Assembly: GCA_965116725.1 (NCBI GenBank)
Contig: OZ220700.1
Coordinates: 273,837 to 337,836 of the forward strand
Length of the DNA stretch: 64,000 bases
Direction of reading: 5' to 3'
DNA from: Thermodesulfobacteriota bacterium
GTDB lineage: Bacteria; Desulfobacterota_D; UBA1144; Nemesobacterales; Nemesobacteraceae
The notes below the pieces were generated by a model. It was given only the letters and a program-made list of their open reading frames with translations. It made no database searches and was not told the origin of the DNA. Both the position numbers and the translations under genes were made by a program. This document shows positions 1 through 8,996 of the stretch, one piece after another (position 1 is the stretch's first letter; each line of letters begins with the position of its first letter).

Positions 1-347
1 GAGAACTTCTCCCTGAAACCCTACGGGCGATGGGAGCCACGGTGGAGGTGCTCTGCGTTTATGAAACTCTTGTTCCAGACTATACAAAGGAAGAACTTGA
101 TCTGATGAAGATGAGATTCTCCGAGGCGGAAATAGACCTTGTAACGTTCACAAGCTCCTCGACCGTAACGAATTTCTTCTCGCTTCTCGGAAAAGACCCG
201 GAACTTTTCACCAAAACCGGGTTTGCCTGCATAGGACCCATAACGGCCGCGACACTACTCGGCCACGGTTTTACCCCGGTGGTAACCGCCGACATCCATA
301 CGACCCGAGGCCTTAAAGAAAAAATCCTGAACTTTTATCTCTCATAA
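1..347 (+). CDS. hemD: Uroporphyrinogen-III synthase HemD domain (5'-truncated by window edge; possibly a CobA/HemD fusion)
   Basis: Frame is open from the window start. HemD motifs VYET, VTFTSSSTV and ACIGPITA. Confidence 0.88.
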   Translation, partial: ELLPETLRAMGATVEVLCVYETLVPDYTKEELDLMKMRFSEAEIDLVTFTSSSTVTNFFSLLGKDPELFTKTGFACIGPITAATLLGHGFTPVVTADIHTTRGLKEKILNFYLS

Positions 348-365
348 AAAGGCAGGCACCTTGAA

Positions 366-1100
366 ATGCCGAGATTTCCGATCAGAAAAGAGCCATCCAC
401 AGAAGGTGACGGAACCCTTCGCGGAAAAATATCCGAGAGCGACTACACGCATATAACGAAAGTGCTTAGACTAGGAGCCGGGGACCGCATAACCGTTTTT
501 GATACTGAATCCACCGAGTATGAGGGCACAATAACGGATCTCTCCCCTGGAACCATCGCCCTCCAGGTTTACAATACACGCCTGTTGCAAACAGAACCTG
601 GACTGGAACTGAATCTCTTCCAAGCAATTCTCAAGGGGAACAAGATGGACGGGATAATAAGTCAGGCAACGCAACTCGGCGTATCGGGAATTTTTCCTGT
701 AGTCTCCGAAAGGACCCAGGTAAGGTCAACCGCCAAGGTGGACAGATGGAACAAAATAGCGCGGGAATCGACAAAACAATGCGGAAGGGGAACGCCGCCT
801 CTGGTTTCCGAGCCGGTTGATTTCCAAGGCTCCTTTGGAATCAGAAAGCAAAGCGAGGCGAAAATAATATTTTATGAAAACCAAGATAAACTACTTGCGG
901 ATTACACACATTCCCTAGCAAGACCCATAAACAGCATAAACGTCTATATAGGTCCCGAAGGAGGTTTTTCTGAGAAAGAAGTCACCTTGGCCGAGGAAAA
1001 CGGTTACATAGCCCTTGGACTCGGAAAAAGGATACTGAGAGCGGAAACAGCTTCATTGGTAAGCCTAGCGCTTCTCCAGTCTCACTTCGGCGACATCTAA
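366..1100 (+). CDS. rsmE: 16S rRNA m3U1498 methyltransferase RsmE
   Basis: HITKVLRL, QATQLGV, YIGPEGGFS and LGKRILRAETA SPOUT motifs. Confidence 0.96.
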   Translation: MPRFPIRKEPSTEGDGTLRGKISESDYTHITKVLRLGAGDRITVFDTESTEYEGTITDLSPGTIALQVYNTRLLQTEPGLELNLFQAILKGNKMDGIISQATQLGVSGIFPVVSERTQVRSTAKVDRWNKIARESTKQCGRGTPPLVSEPVDFQGSFGIRKQSEAKIIFYENQDKLLADYTHSLARPINSINVYIGPEGGFSEKEVTLAEENGYIALGLGKRILRAETASLVSLALLQSHFGDI

Positions 1101-1146
1101 CCACCGGCACAACTGCCCGTCGTAACAGCAAAACCTTCCTACGGAA

Positions 1147-1539
1147 TCAGTCAACCAGAGTATAAATAGCGCTAGCCTTCGCCACGCAGATACCGGAATT
1201 CCAGACCTCACTCTCAACAGGCATTATTCTTCCCTGCCTGAGCACCTTGGCACGGCAGATGGTAACACCCTCCCTGATGGGCTCGATGTAATTTATATTC
1301 ATTCCGGACGTAAGGAACTTTTTTCCCTCTCTTGCGACACTAGCAACGGCAACTCCGCAGGCCGCGTCCGCCAAGGTGAAAATGGCCCCGCCGTGGAGCA
1401 TTCCGTAGTGCTGCGTATATTCCTCAATAAACGGCATGGAAAGCTCCGATTCCCCGTTTTCCATTAGGAGGATCTCTATTTTCATCGTGTCGAAAATCTT
1501 CGGGTGACCGGAAGGAAGTCTGATGGATTCCTTGCTCAT
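1147..1539 (-). CDS. PaaI-family hotdog-fold thioesterase
   Basis: QHYGMLHGGAIFTLAD motif; 130 aa. Confidence 0.9.
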   Translation of the reverse strand: MSKESIRLPSGHPKIFDTMKIEILLMENGESELSMPFIEEYTQHYGMLHGGAIFTLADAACGVAVASVAREGKKFLTSGMNINYIEPIREGVTICRAKVLRQGRIMPVESEVWNSGICVAKASAIYTLVD

Positions 1540-2711
1540 ATTTTACGCTCCTTTAGAATTGAACTTCTGGCGAAAAATAAAAACCCTAGGAATACCATAA
1601 GCGCTATTGAAACAAACATAGTCCTGAATCCGAAAAATTCCGCCACAATTCCGAAAACAAAAGACCCCAACATTCCGCCGCCTGTGAACGAAACGCTGCT
1701 TATGGCAAAAGCCTTTGCTCTCGCTTCCTTCGGATTCGATTCTATTATGATCGAATAGATTGAAGGATACACAAATCCATGCGCACAGCCGAATATGATT
1801 CCGCAGAGAGCAAGAAGTTTAATTTCGTACACAAAACTCAGCATGAAAACACTCAGTCCCAGAAAGAAAACGAACGGGGAAGCAACTCTCCACTTGCCGT
1901 ACCTGTCGGGGACCCAGCCGAGAAATATCCTGATGGCGAGCACTGAGAGGGTGTAGGAAAGAAAATAAACGTGAAAATTCTCTATGTTTATTGAAAGCGA
2001 GAAGATGGATATGAAGTTAAAGGTTGTTATAAACGCCGCTCCGCATATAAAAAGCGTAACTGCAGACAGAGATGTAGCCTTATCGCGAAGACAGTCCATA
2101 TAGCCTGGTCCCGTGTCTTTCGGCGCCGCTGATTTTTTCCCCTCTCCGATCATAAAGGAGACTCCCAAGCCAACAAGCGCCGTAACAGTAAGGAAGAAAA
2201 CAAAGAAATCAAAACCGAAATTCTTTATCAGAATGGAGCCAACGTAAGGGGCAATCGCATAGTTTATTATTGTGAAAACACCGTATATGCCAAGCGCCTG
2301 AGCCCTCCTTTGCTCGCTTGAAACATCAACCGTAAGCGCTCCGGCGGCGACAAAGAAAAGGGAAAAGGAACAGCCGTGAGCTATCCTGATAAGGTAGTAG
2401 AGGTAGTCGACCCTGTCTAAGAAGGCGAGTGGAAATGTCGAGGCGGCAAGCAGCGCGAACCCCAGCAGCACAAACAGTTTCTTTCCGTACCTGTCGGTTA
2501 TGTGGCCGGCGTAAGGAGTAAGAAAAAGGGTGCTCAGTCCCGCAATGCCCATCACGAATCCCACAATCTTCTCGGTCCCTCCCAGTTCAGAAATTCTAAT
2601 GGGCAGAAGGAGAAACGAATGGAAGTTAAAGAAGTAAAGGCACCCGAGAAAAGTTACAAGCACAAAGCTTCTGTTAAGCAAGGGTGGTGAATTTTTCTGT
2701 GCGTCGCTCAT
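1536..2711 (-). CDS. MFS transporter
   Basis: About 12 hydrophobic segments; motif A repeats GHITDRYGKK and GWVPDRYGKW. Confidence 0.92.
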   Translation of the reverse strand: MSDAQKNSPPLLNRSFVLVTFLGCLYFFNFHSFLLLPIRISELGGTEKIVGFVMGIAGLSTLFLTPYAGHITDRYGKKLFVLLGFALLAASTFPLAFLDRVDYLYYLIRIAHGCSFSLFFVAAGALTVDVSSEQRRAQALGIYGVFTIINYAIAPYVGSILIKNFGFDFFVFFLTVTALVGLGVSFMIGEGKKSAAPKDTGPGYMDCLRDKATSLSAVTLFICGAAFITTFNFISIFSLSINIENFHVYFLSYTLSVLAIRIFLGWVPDRYGKWRVASPFVFFLGLSVFMLSFVYEIKLLALCGIIFGCAHGFVYPSIYSIIIESNPKEARAKAFAISSVSFTGGGMLGSFVFGIVAEFFGFRTMFVSIALMVFLGFLFFARSSILKERKI

Positions 2712-2752
2712 TTTTCAGAAGAAAAAAGGGGCCCCCAGACCGAAAACGGTTT

Positions 2753-4027
2753 TTACTTTTCCGAGCCCATGTTTGAAAGCCGGTTTCTCCCGTAGAAAAA
2801 ATAGATAACTCCCATTGCTACAAACACAAAAAAGAGTATCACCGGCAGATACTTGCCAAGGTTGCCCTTAAGAAAGGAAACATTGGAAACAATTACCGTC
2901 ACGCCGCCCGGTTTTAAGTCTGACAGCTGGTATTTCAAAAACGCCTCGTCGTGAATCATAATCTCTTCTGCGACCGCCCCGGGTTGCTCAACCCTGATTC
3001 CAAGTTCTGTTTTTCTCACGAACACGGCAAGATCAGCGACTTCATAGTCAAAGCCTATCCGAAATTTTCTTTGAATTTGCGAAAGAGGGATGGAATAGCC
3101 AAGAGCAATCCTCTTCATCCCCGGAAGAAAAGGAAGTTTGTTGTATAGCTTTTCTCCCTGTCTCTCCACCGCCTCCGGATTGACTCCGTCTGAAAAAGTA
3201 ACGTCCACTGCCTCTTCGGGAACCGAAAAAACAAGGGTCGCAGTACCTGAGCCCTCCGGTTCTCCGGTAAAAACGGTGTTTCCCGAGTTCTCAAAAACAT
3301 AGAGGGAGGTTACATTCACATTGCCATCCCCTTCATCCGGGTAAACAATCAGGTTCAGCGACTGTAAAGAGACGTTTTCATCCGAAGTCGTGGTATCGTA
3401 GACCGGGAGATCAAGGGTGATTCTGTCCTCTCCGGGAAGAAAGACCATCTTTCCCGAAACGTACTGAACTCCATGGTGAAAAAGCATGATCTCATAACTT
3501 CTGTCCCACTGCAGGGAAGAAAAAGAGAAATTGCCCAGCGAATCCGACTCAGCGAAATGCCTTTCCTGCGGCCTGTCTCCCATGTATGAAATCAAGACGA
3601 CATCCTGGCCCTCTTGCGGCTTCTGTGTCGTGATGTTCTTTACTTGACCTGTTATCGTCCCGCTTTCATCAAGATCGGATGGGAGCTTATAACCCAGAAG
3701 GTAATCGGCAACCTTTTGGGCTTCGCTTTCTGATAGATTCATTGGGGGCATTGGCGGATAGCCGTCGTTTACAGGTTTTTTCTTTTTCTCCGCATAGATG
3801 CTCTCGGGGTCGCGGGCCCACCTGATCAGATCATCCCTTGAGTATCTCTGCCCTACCCCCAGAAGATCAGGACCTACGAACCTTCCTCTTCCAAGCGTAT
3901 GGCATCTTATGCATTTCCCTTCGATAAAAACTGATTCTCCCGACACCTGTGCCATAGCTGAAGGAACCACCGCCGAGGAAAGAAAGCAAAAAAACATTAA
4001 AAAAAGATGCAGGGTTATTCTTCTCAT
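2753..4027 (-). CDS. Exported, membrane-anchored c-type cytochrome with a carboxypeptidase-regulatory/Ig-like periplasmic region
   Basis: Signal peptide (..PSAMA/QV), CIRCH heme motif, GPDL, and PPMPPM with a candidate axial Met. A beta-rich region (GTITGQV..GNFSF) and a C-terminal TM helix follow. Confidence 0.8.
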   Translation of the reverse strand: MRRITLHLFLMFFCFLSSAVVPSAMAQVSGESVFIEGKCIRCHTLGRGRFVGPDLLGVGQRYSRDDLIRWARDPESIYAEKKKKPVNDGYPPMPPMNLSESEAQKVADYLLGYKLPSDLDESGTITGQVKNITTQKPQEGQDVVLISYMGDRPQERHFAESDSLGNFSFSSLQWDRSYEIMLFHHGVQYVSGKMVFLPGEDRITLDLPVYDTTTSDENVSLQSLNLIVYPDEGDGNVNVTSLYVFENSGNTVFTGEPEGSGTATLVFSVPEEAVDVTFSDGVNPEAVERQGEKLYNKLPFLPGMKRIALGYSIPLSQIQRKFRIGFDYEVADLAVFVRKTELGIRVEQPGAVAEEIMIHDEAFLKYQLSDLKPGGVTVIVSNVSFLKGNLGKYLPVILFFVFVAMGVIYFFYGRNRLSNMGSEK

Positions 4028-4039
4028 GATTCGTGCAGG

Positions 4040-4393
4040 TTATGAAAGCGGGGCCTCGAAAGGAGAAGTTCTCGTTTCCTCGGTAATTTTTTCATCCCCA
4101 GCCACTGATTGAAGTTCTGAGATAAGTTTTGTAACGGCCGCCGCTTTTTCCTTGTACCTCGACATAAGTTCGGTGTAGTCCTGCTCACTTAACTTTCCCA
4201 TATCCCGGTCAAGCTCTATATCTTTTATGGAGGAGTAATAGAGGTCCCTTTGCTCGTAAAGCTGTTCGAGTCGGCTGACCTCGGGGCTATCCCCGATACC
4301 CCGCTCCCCTCTCCTGTAACCCAGAAAAAGAGGGTAGACGGTAAAAACCGATACCAGCACCACAAGCAGAAGAGAGATTATGTATTCACTCAC
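4040..4393 (-). CDS. CcmI N-terminal-domain-like membrane protein
   Basis: N-terminal TM followed by IKDIELDRDMGKLSEQDY, a pattern like the CcmI N-terminal helix. GTG start overlaps the ccmF stop. Confidence 0.65.
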   Translation of the reverse strand: MSEYIISLLLVVLVSVFTVYPLFLGYRRGERGIGDSPEVSRLEQLYEQRDLYYSSIKDIELDRDMGKLSEQDYTELMSRYKEKAAAVTKLISELQSVAGDEKITEETRTSPFEAPLS

Positions 4394-6348
4394 GCGCTAA
4401 ACTCCTTTTTTCTTCGCCCCTCGGGCCACATGGTGACAATCGCTCCAAGGACAATAACAATGCCTCCCGCCCATATCCAGTTCACCATAGGGTTAAGAAG
4501 GGCCCTTACATTAACCTTTCCGCTCCCGTCAACCTCGGAGAGTATGAGATAAAGATCATCTCTGAAAGTGGAACGAAGCGCGACCTCGGTTTCCTGGTTT
4601 ATCTCCCTGTTTCCCTCGTACTTGTAGATATTTTTCTCGGGATACATGGTCGCGACGCTTTTTCCTTGGTTTTCAATCGAGAACTCCGCTGAAAATCCGT
4701 CTTTAGCGTCGTTTGAGATGAAATGCACTCCGCGGAAAACCAGATCGTATCTCCCCAGGGAAAAAGAATCCCCCTTGTCGAGAACAACTTCTTTCTGGGT
4801 AACGAAAAGAGAAGAAGCAGTGATTCCTATTACCAGCAGCACTACCCCAAGATGCACTATGTATCCGCCGTAGCGCCTGCGGTTTCTTGAGATGAGATTA
4901 AACAATGCCGAAACCGGGTTCTCTCCCCTGCCGCTTCTTACCCTTATACCTCTGAAATATTCCAAAAACACCGTCCCCGCGACAAACCCGCAGAGCGCAA
5001 AGCTTAAAAGCGCTACCGGCTCTCTCATGCCGGAGACAAGAAGCGCCAAGAGAACCACCAGAAAAACCATCGCAGGGAAAACGAAATTTCTCTTCAGGTT
5101 TGCCGTCGAAGCCTTCTTCCACGATATAAGCGGACCTATTCCCATAAGCAGGATAAGCACAAGCCCTATGGGCACACCCACAGCGTTGAAATAAGGGGGA
5201 CCGACGAGAATTTTCTTCCCGGTGAAAGCCTCTGAGAGTATGGGGAAAATGGTTCCCAGAAAAACGGAGAAGGCCGCCGCCAGAAAAAGAAGATTGTTAA
5301 ACAGAAAGGCGCTTTCCCTTGAAAGAGGGGAATCAAACCTCTCCTCGCTTTCGAGTTCTTTTGACCTGTAGGCAAGAAGAGAAAAGGAAAAAAGGAGTAG
5401 GATGACCATGAAGCCGACAAAAAGTGGACCTATGTCCGAGCGTGCAAACGAGTGAACTGAAGACACTATGCCGCTTCTGGTTATGAAAGTGCCGAATATG
5501 GAGAGAAAAAAGGTGATTATAAGCAGAACCATGTTCCATTTCTTAAGCATCGCCTTTCTCTCCTGAATCATAACGGAGTGAAGAAACGCGGTTCCCGCCA
5601 GCCATGGCATAAATGCGGCGTTCTCAACCGGATCCCATGCCCAGTATCCTCCCCAGCCGAGTTCAAGATACGCCCATCTGGCCCCGAGAAGGAGCCCCGC
5701 GGAGAGAAACATCCAGGAGAAAAGGGCGTATTTTCTGCAGTTCCTTATCCACTCATCCCCTAGGCGACCGCTGAGCAGAGCGGCTATGCCGAAAGCAAAA
5801 GGCACCGTGATTCCCACATATCCAACATAAAGAGTGACCGGGTGGATGGCCATGTATCCGTTCTGAAGAATCGGATTTAGTCCCCTTCCTTCTCCGACCG
5901 CCACACCCAGTTTCTCAAATGGGTCTTCCACGTAGGCTATGAGGAAAAGAAAGAAAAGAGAAACGGCGCATAAAACGGCGTTTACATAAGGATCGCCGCC
6001 CTTTTCCCTGCTTCTAAGAACCACGAAAGCCGCATACAGGGAAAGAACAAAACTCCAGAGAAGCAAAGATCCCGCCTGACCGGCCCAAAGGGCCGTCACC
6101 CTGTATATCACCGGGAGGTCGGTACTCGTGTTAAGCGCTACGTACCTGAGCGAGAAATCAAGCGTTACAAGCTCATAAACAAGACAGCCCGCCGCTACCA
6201 GAAGAAGAAAAGCTACCGAGACAAGACCGTTTCCGCCGCTTTGAGCGAACGCGCGGTTTCCCGTTTTCGCAGAAACAGCGCAGACAACAAGACTGTAGAT
6301 GGTGATAAAGAAGGAAAGAAGTATGGCTATACTTCCGAGATCGGACAT
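4390..6348 (-). CDS. ccmF: Cytochrome c heme lyase CcmF
   Basis: WGGYWAWDPVEN WWD domain and conserved His motifs IHP, LHS, SVHSF and VHLG. Confidence 0.97.
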   Translation of the reverse strand: MSDLGSIAILLSFFITIYSLVVCAVSAKTGNRAFAQSGGNGLVSVAFLLLVAAGCLVYELVTLDFSLRYVALNTSTDLPVIYRVTALWAGQAGSLLLWSFVLSLYAAFVVLRSREKGGDPYVNAVLCAVSLFFLFLIAYVEDPFEKLGVAVGEGRGLNPILQNGYMAIHPVTLYVGYVGITVPFAFGIAALLSGRLGDEWIRNCRKYALFSWMFLSAGLLLGARWAYLELGWGGYWAWDPVENAAFMPWLAGTAFLHSVMIQERKAMLKKWNMVLLIITFFLSIFGTFITRSGIVSSVHSFARSDIGPLFVGFMVILLLFSFSLLAYRSKELESEERFDSPLSRESAFLFNNLLFLAAAFSVFLGTIFPILSEAFTGKKILVGPPYFNAVGVPIGLVLILLMGIGPLISWKKASTANLKRNFVFPAMVFLVVLLALLVSGMREPVALLSFALCGFVAGTVFLEYFRGIRVRSGRGENPVSALFNLISRNRRRYGGYIVHLGVVLLVIGITASSLFVTQKEVVLDKGDSFSLGRYDLVFRGVHFISNDAKDGFSAEFSIENQGKSVATMYPEKNIYKYEGNREINQETEVALRSTFRDDLYLILSEVDGSGKVNVRALLNPMVNWIWAGGIVIVLGAIVTMWPEGRRKKEFSA

Positions 6349-6350
6349 TG

Positions 6351-6761
6351 TTAACCTTCTTTTCTCTGGTAAGGACCTTCTTCGGATTCATACTTGGTGG
6401 GGCACTTTGCAAGCAACAGGTCCGCCTCAAAGACATTATCGGCGGAGAACTTCCCCTCAACGACCGCTTCAACCCCGTCTGTGAATATGTCGGGAATTAT
6501 GCCGTCGTACTCGACGTCGATTTCACCCTGGCCTTCCGCTATGGTAAACCGAAGCGAATCATCTAGCTCGTTCTTTATTGAACCGTGAACCACGGTCCCG
6601 GAAACCCTTACCTTCTGCCCGTAGATGTCCGGTACATCCTCCAGCAGTTCGTCAACCGTTATGTAGTAGACCATGGAATCCTTGACTCCCGCGAAGACAA
6701 GCCAGGAAATCAAAGAAACTATCACCAAAAGAGGCAGAATGAATTTGAGCTTACCCTTCAA
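6351..6761 (-). CDS. ccmE: Heme chaperone CcmE, Cys (CxxxY) variant
   Basis: YY..V.E, VRVSG, YDGIIPDIF and LLAKCPTKY. Confidence 0.95.
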   Translation of the reverse strand: MKGKLKFILPLLVIVSLISWLVFAGVKDSMVYYITVDELLEDVPDIYGQKVRVSGTVVHGSIKNELDDSLRFTIAEGQGEIDVEYDGIIPDIFTDGVEAVVEGKFSADNVFEADLLLAKCPTKYESEEGPYQRKEG

Positions 6762-6892
6762 CCTTCACCTCCAGGGCCGCCACCACCCGAGAGCAGCTTT
6801 TTCCTTAACGAAGCCGACTTCGCGCGCAGATAAAGTACGTAAGCGATAAGAGAGCCCCAGACCACTACGCTTGACCAGAGGAAATATTCCAT
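6758..6892 (-). CDS. ccmD: CcmD-like small membrane protein, 44 aa (not in the ORF track)
   Basis: Hand-translated MEYFLWSSVVVWGSLIAYVLYLRAKSASLRKKLLSGGGGPGGEG*: one TM plus a basic tail. Lies between ccmC and ccmE; its TGA overlaps the ccmE TTG. Confidence 0.85.
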   Translation of the reverse strand: MEYFLWSSVVVWGSLIAYVLYLRAKSASLRKKLLSGGGGPGGEG

Positions 6893-6898
6893 CGCAGA

Positions 6899-7558
6899 CT
6901 ACCCCCCTCGCCCGCTCCGGGCGTAAAGCTGATTTTCCATGTTCATTATCCTTGTTCTCTCACCGAGGAGTAAAACGAAAAGAAGCGTAAATCCCAACAG
7001 GGTGACCAAAAGAGTGTGCATCATGGCGGGATCTATGCCGCCTCCCCCAGGTCCGAAGACCACGGGCGATATGCCTCTTTTTATACGGGCCGAGACATAA
7101 ACCACGGGAAGGTCCACATAGGCAATTATGGCGAATATGGCCGAGTATCTAGCCTTTTTCCCCCGCCCTCCTGCACCGGAGCGCAAAACCAGGTAAACGG
7201 CGTAAAGAACCCAGAGAATAAACGTGGTCGTTAACTGCGGGTCCCATGTCCACCAAGTTCCCCAGACCGGCTTTGCCCATATGCTCCCAGTGATAATCGT
7301 TAGAGTAAGAAGCAGCATGCCTATCTCGGCCGAGCAGTAGGCAAGCGTATCCCATTTCGCTGTCTCCTTTACCAGATAATATATGCTCGCCACGAAAACC
7401 ACCGTAAACGCCACCGTGGCGGCCCAGACCGTCCCCATGTGGAAATAGAAAATTCTCTGCACATGGCCCATAACCACTTCCGTAGGCGCATAAAAAAGCG
7501 TCATCCAGGTAGCGAGAACCATCAGCGCAAACGTCAGGAAAAACAGTATTTTTCGCAT
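6899..7558 (-). CDS. ccmC: Heme exporter CcmC
   Basis: QRIFYFH, WAKPVWGTWWTWDPQLT WWD domain and position in the ccm operon. Confidence 0.93.
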   Translation of the reverse strand: MRKILFFLTFALMVLATWMTLFYAPTEVVMGHVQRIFYFHMGTVWAATVAFTVVFVASIYYLVKETAKWDTLAYCSAEIGMLLLTLTIITGSIWAKPVWGTWWTWDPQLTTTFILWVLYAVYLVLRSGAGGRGKKARYSAIFAIIAYVDLPVVYVSARIKRGISPVVFGPGGGGIDPAMMHTLLVTLLGFTLLFVLLLGERTRIMNMENQLYARSGRGG

Positions 7559-7577
7559 TTTTTAAAAAGAAAGCGGG

Positions 7578-8276
7578 TCAGTCCCCGCTATCCTCAATAA
7601 GATACTCAAACAGAATAGAGCATAAAAGGATGAAGATTATATCGAAGGAAACCAGTACCTGCAAAGAAAAAGCGTAGTAATCCGGGGGCCTTCCTTCCAG
7701 TATTGAAGAGCATATTCCGACCGAGGTTATCACGACAGGTATGATGAGGGGAAAAACCAGCAGCGGAAGCATCATGTCGCGAAGCTTTGTATTAAGGGCC
7801 ATCGAAGAAAAAAAAGTGCCAAGCGACACAAACCCTATCGTTCCAAGGACCACAACCCCGAGAAATGGGAGTATGGTGCCGGCAAATGAAAGCGAAACCC
7901 CGTCTGCGTCAAAAAGAAAAAACAGAAGAAAAAGCGGAAGTATGAAGAGCTCGGAGAGCAGAACCATAACCGTGTTTGAAAGCAGTTTTCCGAGATAGAT
8001 GTAGCTTCTGCTTACGGGAGTCAGAAGAAGAAACGCGAAGGCATTATTTTCCTTTTCAAGCGAAAAGGATCTTCCGAGGGCCAAGAGTCCAGAAAAAATA
8101 AAAGTTATCCATATAACGGCCGAGACTGCCCGGGAATCAACGTCCGAGCGGAATTCAAAAGCAACGTTAAAAACCAGGAGAAGCAGAAGGGAAAATACGA
8201 ACATCGTCGGAAATATCTGCTTTGAACGCCACTCCACCAGAAAATCCTTTCTGAATATAAGCAATATATTTCTCAT
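7578..8276 (-). CDS. ccmB: Heme exporter CcmB
   Basis: IFRKDF..EWR, RSFSLEKE, GKLL and LPLL.FPL.IPV. Start placed at ATG 8276, overlapping the ccmA stop. Confidence 0.93.
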   Translation of the reverse strand: MRNILLIFRKDFLVEWRSKQIFPTMFVFSLLLLLVFNVAFEFRSDVDSRAVSAVIWITFIFSGLLALGRSFSLEKENNAFAFLLLTPVSRSYIYLGKLLSNTVMVLLSELFILPLFLLFFLFDADGVSLSFAGTILPFLGVVVLGTIGFVSLGTFFSSMALNTKLRDMMLPLLVFPLIIPVVITSVGICSSILEGRPPDYYAFSLQVLVSFDIIFILLCSILFEYLIEDSGD

Positions 8277-8995
8277 TGCCCGTCCCCACTTCTGACGCAA
8301 GACATGTAGATATCCTGAAATTCCTCGCGGGCAGGTTTCTGCGCGGACGCATAGACCACCTCTCCTTGATCGAGAATTGCGATCTTGTCGCACAGCGAAA
8401 GCCCCTCGTAGACATTATGGGTCGTCATGACTACGGTTTTGTCCGCTTTCATTGAACCTAGGATCGAGGTAAGGATGGCGGCTCCGCCGTAATCAAGGCC
8501 GCTGTACGGCTCATCCAGAAAAAGTATCTGAGGGTCGTGAAGAAGCGTTCTGGCGATGGCGAGGCGCTGGCGTGTTCCGAAAGAAAGGGTGCTTACGAGC
8601 GCATCTTTCTTGGCGTAGAGCTCAACCCTCTCGAGAATATCAGAGCACCTGTTCTTAAGATCCGGCACGTCGTAGAACGCGCCTATAAACTCGAGGTTTT
8701 CCCAGGCGGTAAGGTTTTCATAAAGCATCGTGTTATGGGAGATGAACCCTATAAGTTTTCTTATCTGCTGTTTTTCCCTGGAGACGTCAAAACCGGCTAC
8801 AAAGGCCTCTCCCCCGCCGGGTTTTATGAATGTCGAAAGAATGGAAAGCAAGGTGGACTTGCCGGCGCCATTGGGACCGAAAATCGTGAGAAATTCACCC
8901 CGGTTGACGGCAAGATCAATTCCCATAAGCACCGGGAAAAACCCGAACTGCTTTTCAAGTCCCCTGGTTTCTATCGCAAATACGCCGGGTTGCAT
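8273..8995 (-). CDS. ccmA: Heme ABC exporter ATPase CcmA
   Basis: Walker A GPNGAGKST, signature LSFG.RQR and LDEP. First of ccmABC; AAGGA RBS before ATG 8995. Confidence 0.92.
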   Translation of the reverse strand: MQPGVFAIETRGLEKQFGFFPVLMGIDLAVNRGEFLTIFGPNGAGKSTLLSILSTFIKPGGGEAFVAGFDVSREKQQIRKLIGFISHNTMLYENLTAWENLEFIGAFYDVPDLKNRCSDILERVELYAKKDALVSTLSFGTRQRLAIARTLLHDPQILFLDEPYSGLDYGGAAILTSILGSMKADKTVVMTTHNVYEGLSLCDKIAILDQGEVVYASAQKPAREEFQDIYMSCVRSGDGQ

Positions 8996-8996
8996 A

